64,000 bases of DNA from Mytilus californianus (taxonomy: Eukaryota), in the NCBI RefSeq assembly GCF_021869535.1, contig NW_026262668.1:49910001-49974000 (forward strand), written 5' to 3'. Shown piece after piece: positions 38,904 through 51,504 of this stretch. The position numbers and the translations under genes were made by a program. The stretch's first letter is position 1. Every line of letters starts with the position of its first letter. The notes below the pieces were generated by a model. That model searched no databases. It had not been told where the DNA came from and worked only from the letters and a program-made list of their open reading frames with translations.

Positions 38904-41900
38904 ATAGAATCATGTGCAAAACAGTGTAGGCGAGACCATTGATTGGCGCTCTAAAATATCCCATTGACTGGGTCAGATTAGGTGAACGTTCGTCTGTAAC
39001 GCCCACAACTCACGACGTATTTATTATAAACATTTAAACTGTGGGGTTGCCAAAGGGTCTCAGTATATATACGAACTACAGTGCACAGTATATTATATAC
39101 ATATTTTATTTGCGATCATAAAATGTACGAAGTCGTCCATTACTATGTAAATTGGGTCGATTAAAATAAAAGCTGAATATGTTTCTGTTGCCAAGGGTTT
39201 TTCACAAGTATAGTAGTTAGCAGAAAAGATCACCAAACTATACATTGTATACTGAACTGCGGCCAAGCTTAGCGAATGGTCGTGCAACATAATCAGTCAA
39301 ACAAACTTTATTAGATTAACTCGTTAAGGAACGATCGTTTTCATTGTTCAATTAGCACATACTTACAACTTCTCGTCCAATCAAATTGCTTATATTTGCC
39401 TTCTAATTTTCATAGTACATACTTTTCCTGTGTACTAAGTAACTACGCATGAATGACCACAAGGGTAAGATTTCATTGTATCGTAATCAAGATATTTAAA
39501 ACAAAAATTGCCACTGGCTATTTTGAAATAAAATGCTGTGTTCCAAATTAAATTAAATAGTTTGTAATTAGTTTTCACGTTGATTTTTAAATATCCTGCT
39601 ATTAAAATCTTTGGATCTAAAAATTTTTTTTGACAATTGCAAATTTTATCATTTAAATAAAGGGTAATACATATGGTTCTTTATACCTTGATTACAGTAC
39701 AACGATATCTTAAAATTATGATAATATATCATCCATGCAATTACTTTGTACACAGAAAAGTGTGTACTATGAAACCTTGTGCAGGAAAATTAAAGCTACT
39801 TGGTGATAAACTTTCTTAAGGAAGGTGATCTATTTCGTCACGAATTGATTGATTTATTGATTATTGGTTGCTTAATGTCCAGTGGCAAATATTTCATGCA
39901 TGTTCAGGACGATGTCATGAATTGAAAAACTGTGATTATGTCCGAAGATGATGTGCCACCTATATATATATATAAACATATTCTGATAAATCTTTTAGTT
40001 TTTACTTTGAAATAATAAAAAAAAAAAAAAAACACAAAACACAAAACCTATAATCTCTGATCTATTGGTAGTTGCTTTTTAATGCCTATCTGCTAGACTA
40101 TATCTATGGGGACAAACTATCTCTATGTTTCAAATTTATTATAGCTTTAGTTTTACTGTGAAATTAAAAAATGTTTTCAAAACATGTAAAGCTTCCACTG
40201 CAATTTAATTATTGCCTGCTTTTGATCAATTTATTTTGTCATCTTACCATGTAAGAAGAACATGTATAGTAAAACACCGCTTTATATCAGTATACATACT
40301 TACACCAGCAGCTACCATCTTTTCATTCTGGAGTGAAGGGCCTTTTGAAATCACATATTTTACAATAATACTAGTGAGTAGATTTACAAAACTTCGTTAA
40401 TGAGCTCCTTTTTACAAACACCTGTGATACAAGTAGTCAGCCAAAATAAACTATCAATAGACCAATTAAAAGATTACTCGAGTTGTTAATATGTGCTAAA
40501 TTGGATAGTCTATGGAAAGATATATACTATGAAATTAAGAGCTCGGGGCAAGCCCCTCGGTCTAAATTTCATAGTATATACCTTTCCATAGACTAACCTA
40601 GACTTCAAACCTTCGACCTCACACCTGCGAAAATAGAACACTCGTACTATAAAGCTGAATGGACTGATCAGTATTCACGTAGCCGGTCAAGGTCGTTAAA
40701 AACTTCCATCGTCGTATTCACGTACATGATTGTGTTCTTGATTATCCCATGGCAATTCTAGCTTTTATACATGTGCATGTAAAATTTTAAACTTTAATCT
40801 TAACAGTCACGTCGAAATATTTAATTCAACTGTCTCCTCTCAATTGGTTCTGGATTAAGGGAGCTACCATTTTATTTTGATTGGGGGTAGGGGACTTGGA
40901 TGAAACATCCTGACTATATTTATTAGTTTATCCTGATTTTTTTTACATAAATCGTCATCCTGCCTTTTTTTTGTCAAGTTGCTCACCCTGCCTTATCTTT
41001 TATCCAATGGACTTGATGAATTAACGTTGTACTTGAAATGAAACCGTACTTAACTACAAAAATAACCAAATTACATACTAAAGATATTGCTCGATTTTTA
41101 TAGTAAATGGGTTTGTGTTATAAACTGTCATGTTCATTATTCATATTCTTTCATAAGTTTTAGGATAGTGTGATTTATTTCTGATTTAGTTTACCTGATT
41201 TTGAAAAAAAAATCCCGAAATTCTAAGTAAATTCAGAACATGTAACCAGCCATGCTTTGTTTAGAGAAAAAATGGAGATGGCAAACCATGGCACAGTGGA
41301 AGAAAATGTACTTTATAAACTCCAGCGATATACTTTCTTAATTTATAATTAACTGTTTTGCTATCCTCGGTTGAAAATTATATATTGTAAATATTTAAAT
41401 AGTTGCATAGAAAACAATCAGTTTTAAACAGTGTGGTTATTCACTAAATGTATTGATAAAAGGTGACTCCATTTTTGTACATACTTTTACAGTAGTCATC
41501 CTTAATTTCTTAATATTTCGTTTATAAGTTTATCATACATGTATGATTTTGTATTTCATTTTAATACGCACGCATGCCACACGTTACTTTGGCGGATAGT
41601 TCAACAATGTTATGCAAAGCTCTATTCTTACGGTATGAAATTAAAGGATAAATTTTCAACCAATTAAAGTCGAAAACAGTACATTTATATAGTTCCTTAT
41701 AAACTACGACATTTCTCACAAGTATTTATTTATTTTTTAGTTCCACACATGCAAAAATAAAATCTTCGCCGATGAAACATTTCAAACCTTTTTACACCAA
41801 CATGCCTTCACTGAATTCATTTGAATTTCGTGGTGACCATGATAGTACATTGCATAGTACATCTATATTCACGTGCACACATGATACGATCTTTCGGGGA

Positions 41901-43070
41901 CAATTTGCTCGTTTATGACACGTCATTTCTGAATGACCAAACGCTTAGCTACTTTATTTTCGTTTTATAGCATGAAAACAATAAAAGAGGAATGTGCAAC
42001 CCATCATAAATTTAAAATGGATCAGTATTATGAGATCCTTATTATAAGTAACTACGACATTGTCAGGATAATAACCTAGCGTCAATATGAAAGAAATTAA
42101 AGTGGTTCATACATTCATCCGTATAAAGCCGCACATGTATTTTATTTTATCCTTATATTTTTCATAGTGCGGTACAAGTGCTGCATGCATAAAGAATATT
42201 ACTTAACACAAATTATTAGTATAATATTTCGACCCCACTATTTGAAATTCACAAAATACTTATTTAATTATTTCTACCAAAAATCATTGTTTTTTTACGT
42301 TCGTAGTAACGTAGTACATTCCATTGTCGGTCACCTGTGTCAATTCACGTGCACACTACAATTGTTGTTGTATTTAAATCTTTCGGCCAATGAAATGAGA
42401 CGTTACAAGTTGTTTGTTTGTGATACGCCAGAATGTTATCAATGAATTAGCAATCGCTAAACTTGACTGTACCTATTCAAAAACGTAAATGCAAATTTCA
42501 TAAGGCTTGATCCAAATAGCCTTTTTACTGTCTAATAACTTGCAAGTACGAAAAAGACAGGAAAGAAGTATTATATTTTGTCTATATGTTTAGTGTTTGC
42601 ACACTTTTTAAAGTTGATCATGCATTCGTTCTAAAATAAAATTTTGACCAGATAAAAGTTAAAAGATGACATAATTGGACAACCGCAATTGTTAAATCGC
42701 TTTGACGTCCGAAAAAAAGATAATAATCAACACATCCATTGTAACTTTTAAAGCCAGTTAAATCCTTTTTTGCTGAAAGAACGTCCGATATCATAAAAAT
42801 TCATTATCAAAACATAACAAAAACACAAGTAAAGAACGTTTAAGTATTCAATATAAATCAAAACACAAAGGTTATTCCTGATTAGTTTTTCGAATTATTT
42901 TATTTAGACGTTGAGACCCTTTGGTGACCCCACAGTTTAAATGTCTATAATAAATACGTCGTGAGTTGTGGGCGTTACAGACGAACGTTCACCTAATCTG
43001 ACCCAGTCAATGGGATATTTTAGAGCGCCAATCAATGGTCTCGCCTACACTGTTTTGCACATGATTCTAT
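38904..43070. mobile_element. 4167-bp non-autonomous DNA transposon with 159-bp TIRs and 5-bp GACAA target duplication
   Basis: TIRs at 38904-39062 and 42912-43070 match at 156/159. GACAA at 38899-38903 and 43071-43075. No transposase ORF inside. Confidence 0.92.
40506..40595. repeat. 90-bp hairpin inside the TIR element
   Basis: 31-bp outer arms with 1 mismatch (tagtctatggaaagatatatactatgaaatt) and a GC-rich inner stem ggggc-aa-gcccc. Confidence 0.85.
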
Positions 43071-44240
43071 GACAATATTTACAAAAATTCAATATACAAT
43101 GATGACTGACATTCATATTATATAAGTATATCATATATTTATATTTTGCAGCATGAAAGAACTTTATTCAAAGCATCCATTTTTCAGTTGTATCAACTTT
43201 TTCCGGAAAAGAGAGGGAAAGGGGGGGGGGGGGCAATTAAAACGTTCCGCTTTTAATCCTGGTGGAGCCATGCACTTTACAAAATCGCCCGAATTTATTG
43301 AATTGTTAATTTGTTCTCGTCCTAAAATACCTAAATGTTTGCAACTGAACATACAGTAAAATTTATTTTATAAATGCAGATTTTAGATTTTATGTTTTTT
43401 ACATATCTCGATCTCGAAGTCGAATAAATAAGGTTAGATTAAATACGAGTATGCATTTTATTCAGAACCAGAAGAAAAACTGCATTGCCACCATCAGAGT
43501 ATTTAATTCAATGCTCTCGTTGTTTTATTTAGTTTTAAAAATATAATCCACTATGTATCTCGGTGTACGTAAAATGAGCATCGACAACAATGTATTTGTG
43601 CATATTAAGTATAGAATACAAATTAATAAAACTTTATTTTGATGCGGCATACCAGAACTTAACATCACAAGACTTATTACTTTTACTGTTCAATCCTTTT
43701 TATCTAATATATGACCTACAGGGTAAATCCAGTCACTGTTCTTATTAACGATCAGTGGACTGCTCTAAATTACATTATTTAGAACTCTAGAACAGATTCT
43801 GACAGTTTTACCCTATGACAGATTTCAACAGTTCTTCCCTAGGACAGATCCTGACATTTCTACACTAAAACAGTTTAAGACAATTCTATCGGCTTGGAAC
43901 TGATTCTGACAGTTTTACCCTAAAATTCTTCTAGGGTAAAACTGCTTAGTCTGACAGTTTTAAAGAGAGGTTAAAACTGATCCCAACTGTACGTCAAAGG
44001 GATAACAACCAAGAGACACAAACAGTCAAGGGGAATTATGCATGAAATCATACAACCTTTTGTAACAATTAAGAGCAAAATTTTGTACATAAGAATCGAC
44101 TCCTTATTTACTTAATAAAAGTTCTGACAGTTAAATACGCTGCTGAAAAACATAATGAGCTTTACATTGGAGGCTGCATTTAGAGCGATCTAAATTATTT
44201 TAATTTTAATTATTGTAATTATGGTTTTTATATTTTTCAG

Positions 44241-47171
44241 ACATTTATCCCGTATCCCTGTTTATAACCAAGAGTATAAGGTATTTCGTCGTTGTATTGG
44301 TACTTTCACTCTGCGTTGCAGGTAAAATGTTTAGATGTCAAATATTTTTCTGTACACATACAGCTTGTACCTTTAACACACTTGCATGCGTGTGTAAGGT
44401 TATGATATGCTAGGTTATCTGTGCACAAATTACGTAGAAGTTGAGCAAAGTGTATAATCTTATATTCACTAGTTTACACAGAAAATTACTAAAAAATTAA
44501 ATACCAATGCATTTTACGATTTTTTTTTTTTTTTTTTTTTAGTGCCGATTTGATGAATTAAGCCTTTGTCAATTGATTTTCAATATTAATTCTTATGATG
44601 TGCTTTTAATACACTGTTACATGAAAGAGTGGGTTTAGCGTTTTTTAACATGTTTAACATTTTGTACGTGCTTGAATATGAAGTTCCTTTAATCTAATAT
44701 CAAACCAGGACCTGTTGTAAGGCAGAATATTTTGCTCCTATCCAATAAAGCCTTATTTTCCAGTGGCATCAAGACGGCACCACCAGTTCAGCAGGAACAA
44801 TTTGCCCTTCAATGGCATCTGAATTCAAATTGATTGAGTTTGTATTGATCAATTTAAAGTTTTTTGTTCAGTATTTTGTTGACTTTTCGTCTTTTTTCTT
44901 ATGGTCATTATGGTGTGTTATCTATCTTCAACTGAGAGGTTTTATTGCCCTTTTGTTGTTCTTATTTTCTTTTATTATTATAAAATGACTATTTTTTGTT
45001 GATAGGATATGTCACAATGTATACCTGATAGGTATGATCTAATGAACCAATAAAGGAAAATATTAATATACAGCTACGTTGGGTTGATACTAAAGGAATG
45101 ATGGTTGCGATACTATAATGCAAGTTATACTGATTCAGAATATCAAAATGTGAGGCTGCTAAGCTAAATATTTTAACCCAATATCAAATGAATTAAAAGG
45201 CTTCTCTCAAATAAAAGCATTAGCTGTATTCCCCAGTCATAGGATTTACTGCTGGATTTATCCAGAAAACCATATTTCTATACCCCAGTCAACACTTTGA
45301 GTAAAATTTGGATGAACATATACAATAAGAACAGTCAGTTAACACTTTTGTTTTTGAATGAATTTATCCTTATATAACGCGTATATCAACAAATTAATTA
45401 TCATATTTTAAGGATTGCATGCTTAAAAGCAGCATATATCCGGCTTTAATTTTGACCAGTTTTGTCCTCATGCACAACATAGACGTCATTGGTGGTGTCG
45501 ATCCTGGGGATTAGATAAAGGAGTGTGCGAAGGACCTGGAAACACCATGTGTTGTTGTTATATGAGTTTTGGACCGTAAGTTATGCAAACGTAGCTATAT
45601 TTGATTCTACTTGTAACAGAATGGTGATTGATAAAAAAAGAAAGCATAACAGCGCTTTTTAAATAGGGAGAGCACACAAGGGACAATCAAACGCCATAAG
45701 TCGAGGACAAATAGAAATGACCCTAGCCGAAAAGCTTAAATGACGAAATGACAAACCATAGTCCACAAAACACTACATAGTATACGAAAAATTGAGCAAT
45801 ATAATAAAACCCGGTAAAGGAACTCAGATGATCCGGAAAGGTGGGTAATTATTGCTCCCTTTGTTGCTCATGCCTAAAAATAGTTGAAAAGTCGCATTCG
45901 ATAATACTATAAGTCGGTAAGAAGAGGAGCACATTTTGTTCCCACACGAAGGCCGATTGCCCCCCTAGCATATTAAACATTTGCTCAATATAAAAAAAAA
46001 ACACCCAGTTCTTTAATGATGTCTGTCTCAATTCTGCTTGAATCTGAAATTTGTTTTCAAAGTATGATTTGTATCTTTGTTGGCCTTTTTTTTTATACAA
46101 AGTTTAAATTTGTCTTTAAGTTCAGATACAAGAATAAACGTTTAAGTCACAGCAAGACCTTAACGTAAAGTGTTGTCAATGTATAATACTTTTACATCAT
46201 ATTCCAAACATCTTATCTGTTCTTTATTCCGCGATAATAGCGAAAAAGAAAAAAACATTGAAATAAGAATTAAGTTTGATTGAAAAAAAAAAATTAAAAT
46301 ATATAATGTTTGCTTGTACATCTTGCAAAAACAACTTAACCTAAATATAGAGAATATGAATAGAATTATATGTGCGGTATACGTCCCTTCAGACAGCAAC
46401 CAGACAACACAAAACTCCAAAATATCGAGAGGTCAACATTACACAGATTGCAATATATAAGTGTATCGTATTATTTCGAGTTATAAAATTGATTCACGAT
46501 AAATGGTATTATACTACTATCCAAGCATATGGAAAACACTCTGCGAACGACTACATTTATTTCTTTCAAGAAATAAAATGTTGACGTGTACTTTATTCTT
46601 AAATAATTACCTCTTAGAATACACAAACGTGAATAGCAGAGTGTTGTATTCAATATGATTGAACACTAAAATTGAGAAATACAATGTAAAAATTGACATT
46701 AAAGTGCGCCTAAAAATCAGTGCCCAAACACGAATGTTATTTTACCTTTAACACCTACAGCAAACAAGTATATGTACAGAAGTTGTTAATATTATAATAA
46801 TTAGTATTTTAAAACAAATATATTAAACAATGAGATATGCATTTCAATTCGTTTGATGTGTTTGAGCTTTTGATTTTGCCACTTGATAAAAGACATTCCG
46901 TTTTGAATTTTCCTAGGAGTTCGGTATTTTTGCAATTTTATTTTTTTCTTGGAATATTTATAATACATTTTAAGGATTACAATACCGGCGAAAAAATCAA
47001 CAAATATATGTGTTATATAAATGAATTATGACATATGGTTTAGTTCTTCAGTAAATTTCTTGGTCGTTTGAACAATTTCTATTAATGAAATGTTTATATT
47101 TTCAGAATGCCTAGTCTTCAAGGAAAGTCGAAAATCGTACATGAAAAGTAACACATTATCAAATGAATAAA
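44241..47171 (+). pseudogene. Defensin-like gene copy 2, pseudogene
   Basis: Exon homologues at 44241-44321, 45413-45575 and 47106-47171. Start ATG is changed to ATA (44276-44278). In-frame TAA replaces AAA (45424-45426). The second Cys TGT is changed to CGT (45484-45486). The exon-3 acceptor is weakened from CAG to AAG. Promoter and exon 1 are deleted (junction near 43652). Confidence 0.88.
46835..46945. repeat. Short interspersed repeat in intron 3 of copy 2; the same family lies in opposite orientation at 62400-62575 in intron 3 of copy 3
   Basis: attcgtttgatgtgtttgag..ttttgcca..gaattttcctaggagttcggtattttt is the reverse complement of aaaaatactgaactccgaggaaaattc..tggcaaaat..aaacacatcaaacgaat. 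Confidence 0.75.
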
Positions 47172-48908
47172 ATATCGTAAACACAAGTGTTACATTTCTC
47201 ACATAACCTTTTATTGAAATGCCGTTATAACAATGTACAGCCAAAATAATAAGGTCTTTCAACAATAAGGGATACAGGCGTGATATATTCACTAATTCGT
47301 TTAAAATGAGTCTTGATTCTAATAGTCTAACGATTTTGAGGACCAACTGGTGGCTCACAAATGATGCCGATTTCATTTCAATTTTATGAGACGTAATAAA
47401 AGCTGCAGCACTAGCTAGCTTTGGCTAGCTTCCCAAAGTAACGAGTACATTCTGACCCTATTTTAAATTAAAGGTCTTCGTTTTTTTTTTATATTTCAAG
47501 TTGGTGATCATTCTTTTGTTATCTGCACTATGCGAGGTTTTTTTTAGTATGTTTTCGTTTTCAACATATTGCCTAGATAGGAAAGTGGAAGGTGCGAGCG
47601 TAAAACTGGTTAAACACATCAACATTTTGTTCCTATACATGTGCAAACTCCTTCTATCAAGACCATGTGTTGTTTGTTGTTGTTTGCCTATGTTTGAACG
47701 TCTATTTTTTGGAGGAGGTGGGTGTTTTGGGTTAACTTCATACGTATTGTCCAATACTTTTGCAGATTATCCTTTTAATGAATATCTGCTTGTATGTTAT
47801 AACATATTACATTTTATAGTTGGGAAAACCTAAAAAAGTATTAAAAATAATATAGTCTCATGCTCGTATTGAACTTTAGATAGTATTAAAAAACTTGTCA
47901 TTCCAAGGAAAATTTATATCACAATTGTTCCTTGGTCACGGTCTCCAAACAACTGATTGTCAAATCCCCTTCAAATGATGACAACAATCAAAAGAGATTG
48001 ATTGATCGAACTATTCGGTCAAATATATATAAAACAAGTATATTCTGACAAAACGTTAGGATACTACAGGTGTATTCGTAAATACAGAAACAGTGTTTAA
48101 TTGCCTAACTATAGTTGTGTAATGGTAACTTCCACCTCTCTTTTTAAATGAATGATATATGTATTTACATATATATTATATCAGTCACGTTGTCATACCA
48201 AGACACTTTTACCATAGCTGTATTTGGAAAAACCTTTCGGAATTTTCGGTCCTCAGTGCTATTCTAGCGTACACAATTCTAATCCTGATATACATGATGA
48301 GTCTAGTTATCAAGCCGTACTTCTCTTGTTTCGGCTTCTTCCGTTGATAAGAGATTATTTTCCATAGAGAAAAAATATAAAATATAGAAATGAAAACAGA
48401 AATTGTCTACTAGACGTTTATAACTCGCTGAAATTGGGTTTGCATGGAATATGTTCACGCAACTTTCTGATGAAGACATTTTTATATATTTTGGTTGAAC
48501 GTTCTTATATCCTTTAATGCTAACCTATCTAAAATTACCAATAGATACCTTCGCATTATTTAACCAGGATGTAGTAGTAGGGTTAAGACAATATAAAATA
48601 TTATTAACTGCGCGCAAGCCATGAAACTCTGCATAGTACATTTATTGTTTCGGGATATCACCTTTTAAATCAATGTACATGTTTTTCATTTAAGTTTTTC
48701 TAATCTTTTAATAACTCAGAATCTTTTATTTATCTACTATGTACTTATTTTAAAACAGAAAAAAAAATATAACCGCACTGCTGGTTATTTCATATGTCAG
48801 CAACGGGAACTTTTGAATAGTAAGAGAAAAAGCAAAAATTACCAACACCACGTTTTAAGAGAAAACGGAGGGTATAAGACGAGTCTAGTCAGGAAAGTAA
48901 TATGTATA

Positions 48909-49396
48909 CAGTCAAACCTGTATTAAGCAGTCACTCTTGGGAAGTATCAAAAGTGACCGCTCAAGATTCCGATTCCGACATAGCCCGTGGCCGGGTCGGA
49001 TTAATATGTTTTAGTGTTTTCAATCGATAGAGTAATCGGACTTGGGAGCAGTGAAATAAAAAATAGCGGATCCCCGGCGATGTTAATTTGAAGAAAAGAT
49101 TGAAATATGTTGATATTTTCATTTTGACTTCGATATTGACAACATATATTTTTCGTCATGAAGATTTTTAGTAGTTAGAAACATTATGACCGTTGTTAAA
49201 AGTTAAAATGACGATTTCGTTCGGAAATAGGGTGACCGCTGACTGTGTTATACCGGTGAAATGAGTTTAATTGTTTAGAGAAAACGTTTGGGAGGGTCTG
49301 AAATCGACCGTTAGAGGCAGGTTACCGCTGAAACGAGGTGACCGTTAGAGGCAGGTTACCGCTGAAACGAGGTGACCGTTAAGGCAGGTTTGACTG
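48909..49396. mobile_element. Tc1/mariner-type (pogo-like) MITE
   Basis: TA|CAGTCAAACCTG ... CAGGTTTGACTG|TA, with an internal 34-bp tandem duplication starting at 49306 and 49340. Confidence 0.85.
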
Positions 49397-50456
49397 TACT
49401 GTTGATTCATTATCATTCGTGCGATACCAATTTTCTTGGATTGTGCGGGTACATGTATATGTGAAGAACTAAGTAAACTTGAATGTTCAACGAAGTTCAT
49501 TTTTTTCATAGCCTGGTATGCTGATTTTTTCAAAACCACGAAATCAAATATTCACGCAAATACTATTATATATTTACTACTTGGCTATGAGAGAGTGCTG
49601 TATTGATTTTGCAAAACACAATCTTTTGATGCAGAATTATCATACATTTTATAAATTTTAACTTGGATGGAGAGTTGTCTCATTGGCACTCATACCACAT
49701 CGTCTTATATCTAAGTAGGAAGAACTAATAAATGATGCATTTAATTACTTCGGAGCTTAATATCCTTAAAGAAAGCGATGGAAACATTTCAAACAGGAAG
49801 AACTCATTACAAGGATTAAAAGGGTTTTTTGGTGAAATCTTCACAAGTTATACACATATTATAGAAAATTCAACGTCACGCTGCTTTTTCAACTTTAACG
49901 TCTGAAAACACACGGCATACATTTTGGCATATATGTTATAGATTTTTTTTTTTAATTCCCACTAACCCTCTATAACCAATTGTGTAAACAAAGTAATATT
50001 AATACTGTGCTGCAAAATATTGTGTACACTTTTCTGCTTTTGTTTTGATTTATTTTTTATTTTATTGGGCCATAAACCAACTTATAGAAATTTGTCACTG
50101 CTCTACAAACCAATCTTTGTGTAAAGCTTAAAGCAGGTATGAAAAAGAAGATAAAACTAGAAAATATTCTGCGTTTACAGAACAGACAACATTTAGAGAA
50201 ATGTAGTATCTTTGTAGGAACACGTCAGAAGATTGGATACTTCAACTCTTGAGCAGCATAGATAAATCAAGACCAAATAAGTTGTATATATCGCATCTTT
50301 AAACTTAATTTAACCCTCTTTGGAGAGTGCCATTACTAAACAAGACTGTGATTTTCTTAAGAAAATTGTCCCAAAGGTATTTTTAAGAAATTTCTCAAAA
50401 GCCATAGACCTTTTGTATTAACCTTGTTCGATCGAAACGTGCAAATATATTTAAAA

Positions 50457-51504
50457 ACTAGAGGCTCTAAAGAGCCTGTGTCGCTCACCTGCATCTTCAA
50501 CAATGGCCACTTTTTAGTAAGAATCATCTTTAAAGGGGAATATCTCTATTAAGAATTAAATGGCAACTTCAGTCATGTTTAAATATTTGTAGAAATTTTC
50601 CTGCTGATAATTATCTTTTTTAAAGTTTCTATTTATCTATTACAGTTTTCAAGATAATAGGCAAAACATGCAAAAAATATGTTAAAAATTATCATTAAAG
50701 GGCAATAACTCCAATAACGAGTCAACTGAAGATTTCGTTCATTATGTCTTATTTGTAAATCTTGTCTCCCTGATCATTTGTGCTTATAAAATTTTATATT
50801 TTAGAGTTTTCAAGAGAATAGGCAAAAATAGAAAAAATAGGAAAACTCGTCATTACCGGGTAACAACTTCAATAAGGAGTCGACTAGCGATTTTGGTCAT
50901 GTTGACTTATTTGTAGATCTTATTGTGCTCATTATGTTTGCCTTTTAAAGTTTTTATCTATCTATTATCATTTTGTGGGATATTAAACAAAAACGCAAAA
51001 AATTGATACAAATCGTCATTCAAGGGCAAAAACTCAAATAAGGAGTGAATTGAAGATTTCGGGCGTGTTGACTTATTTGTAGAAGCTGTCGTGTTGAGTT
51101 TTGCTCTTTAAAGATTCTATCTGTTTATTGTTAGGCAATAACGTAAAAAATTGGTAAAAATCATCATGGAAGGACAATAACTCTAATAAAGAGTCGTCTG
51201 ACGATCTTGATAATTCGACATATTTGTACATCTTGCCTTCTTGATTATTTCAGCTATTTAAAGTTTCTGCCTATCTGTTATAATTTTCGATAAAACGGGT
51301 AAAGTTTTTTAAAATGGAAAAATCTTCATTTAAGGGCAATAAGTGCTAGTTGTCAGGCTGGGTCATCGGACATATTTGTAAACAAGATATACTTATGATG
51401 ATTGTGGCCAAGTTTGGTTAATTTTGGCTCAGTAGTTTCAAAAAAGATTTTGTAAAAGTTAACAGACGACAACGGACGTCAAGCTTTAGGGCCAGGTGAG
51501 CTAA
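50457..51504. mobile_element. Helentron-associated (HINE/pearl-like) element with internal ~160-bp tandem repeats
   Basis: Terminal hairpin aggctct-aa-agagcct. Sub-terminal inverted repeats gctcacctg (50483) and caggtgagc (51493). Five degenerate aagggcaataactc units. Inserted in an A-tract; the empty site is near 12910 in unit A. Confidence 0.8.

Larger units (their letters stand above)
38845..43146 (-). mobile_element. Short 5'-truncated LINE-type 3' end with TGCAGCA target duplication, split by a nested TIR element
   Basis: The minus strand ends aataaaaagatttgatttgatt. TGCAGCA occurs at 38838-38844 and 43147-43153. The single-copy empty site is near 15375 in unit A. Confidence 0.65.
21436..45756. 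repeat. Tandem segmental duplication unit B
   Basis: Collinear with unit A. It has private insertions (27746-28455, 34960-36970, 38845-43146) and deletions (unit-A ~12520-13860 and ~15864-18248). Confidence 0.95.
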
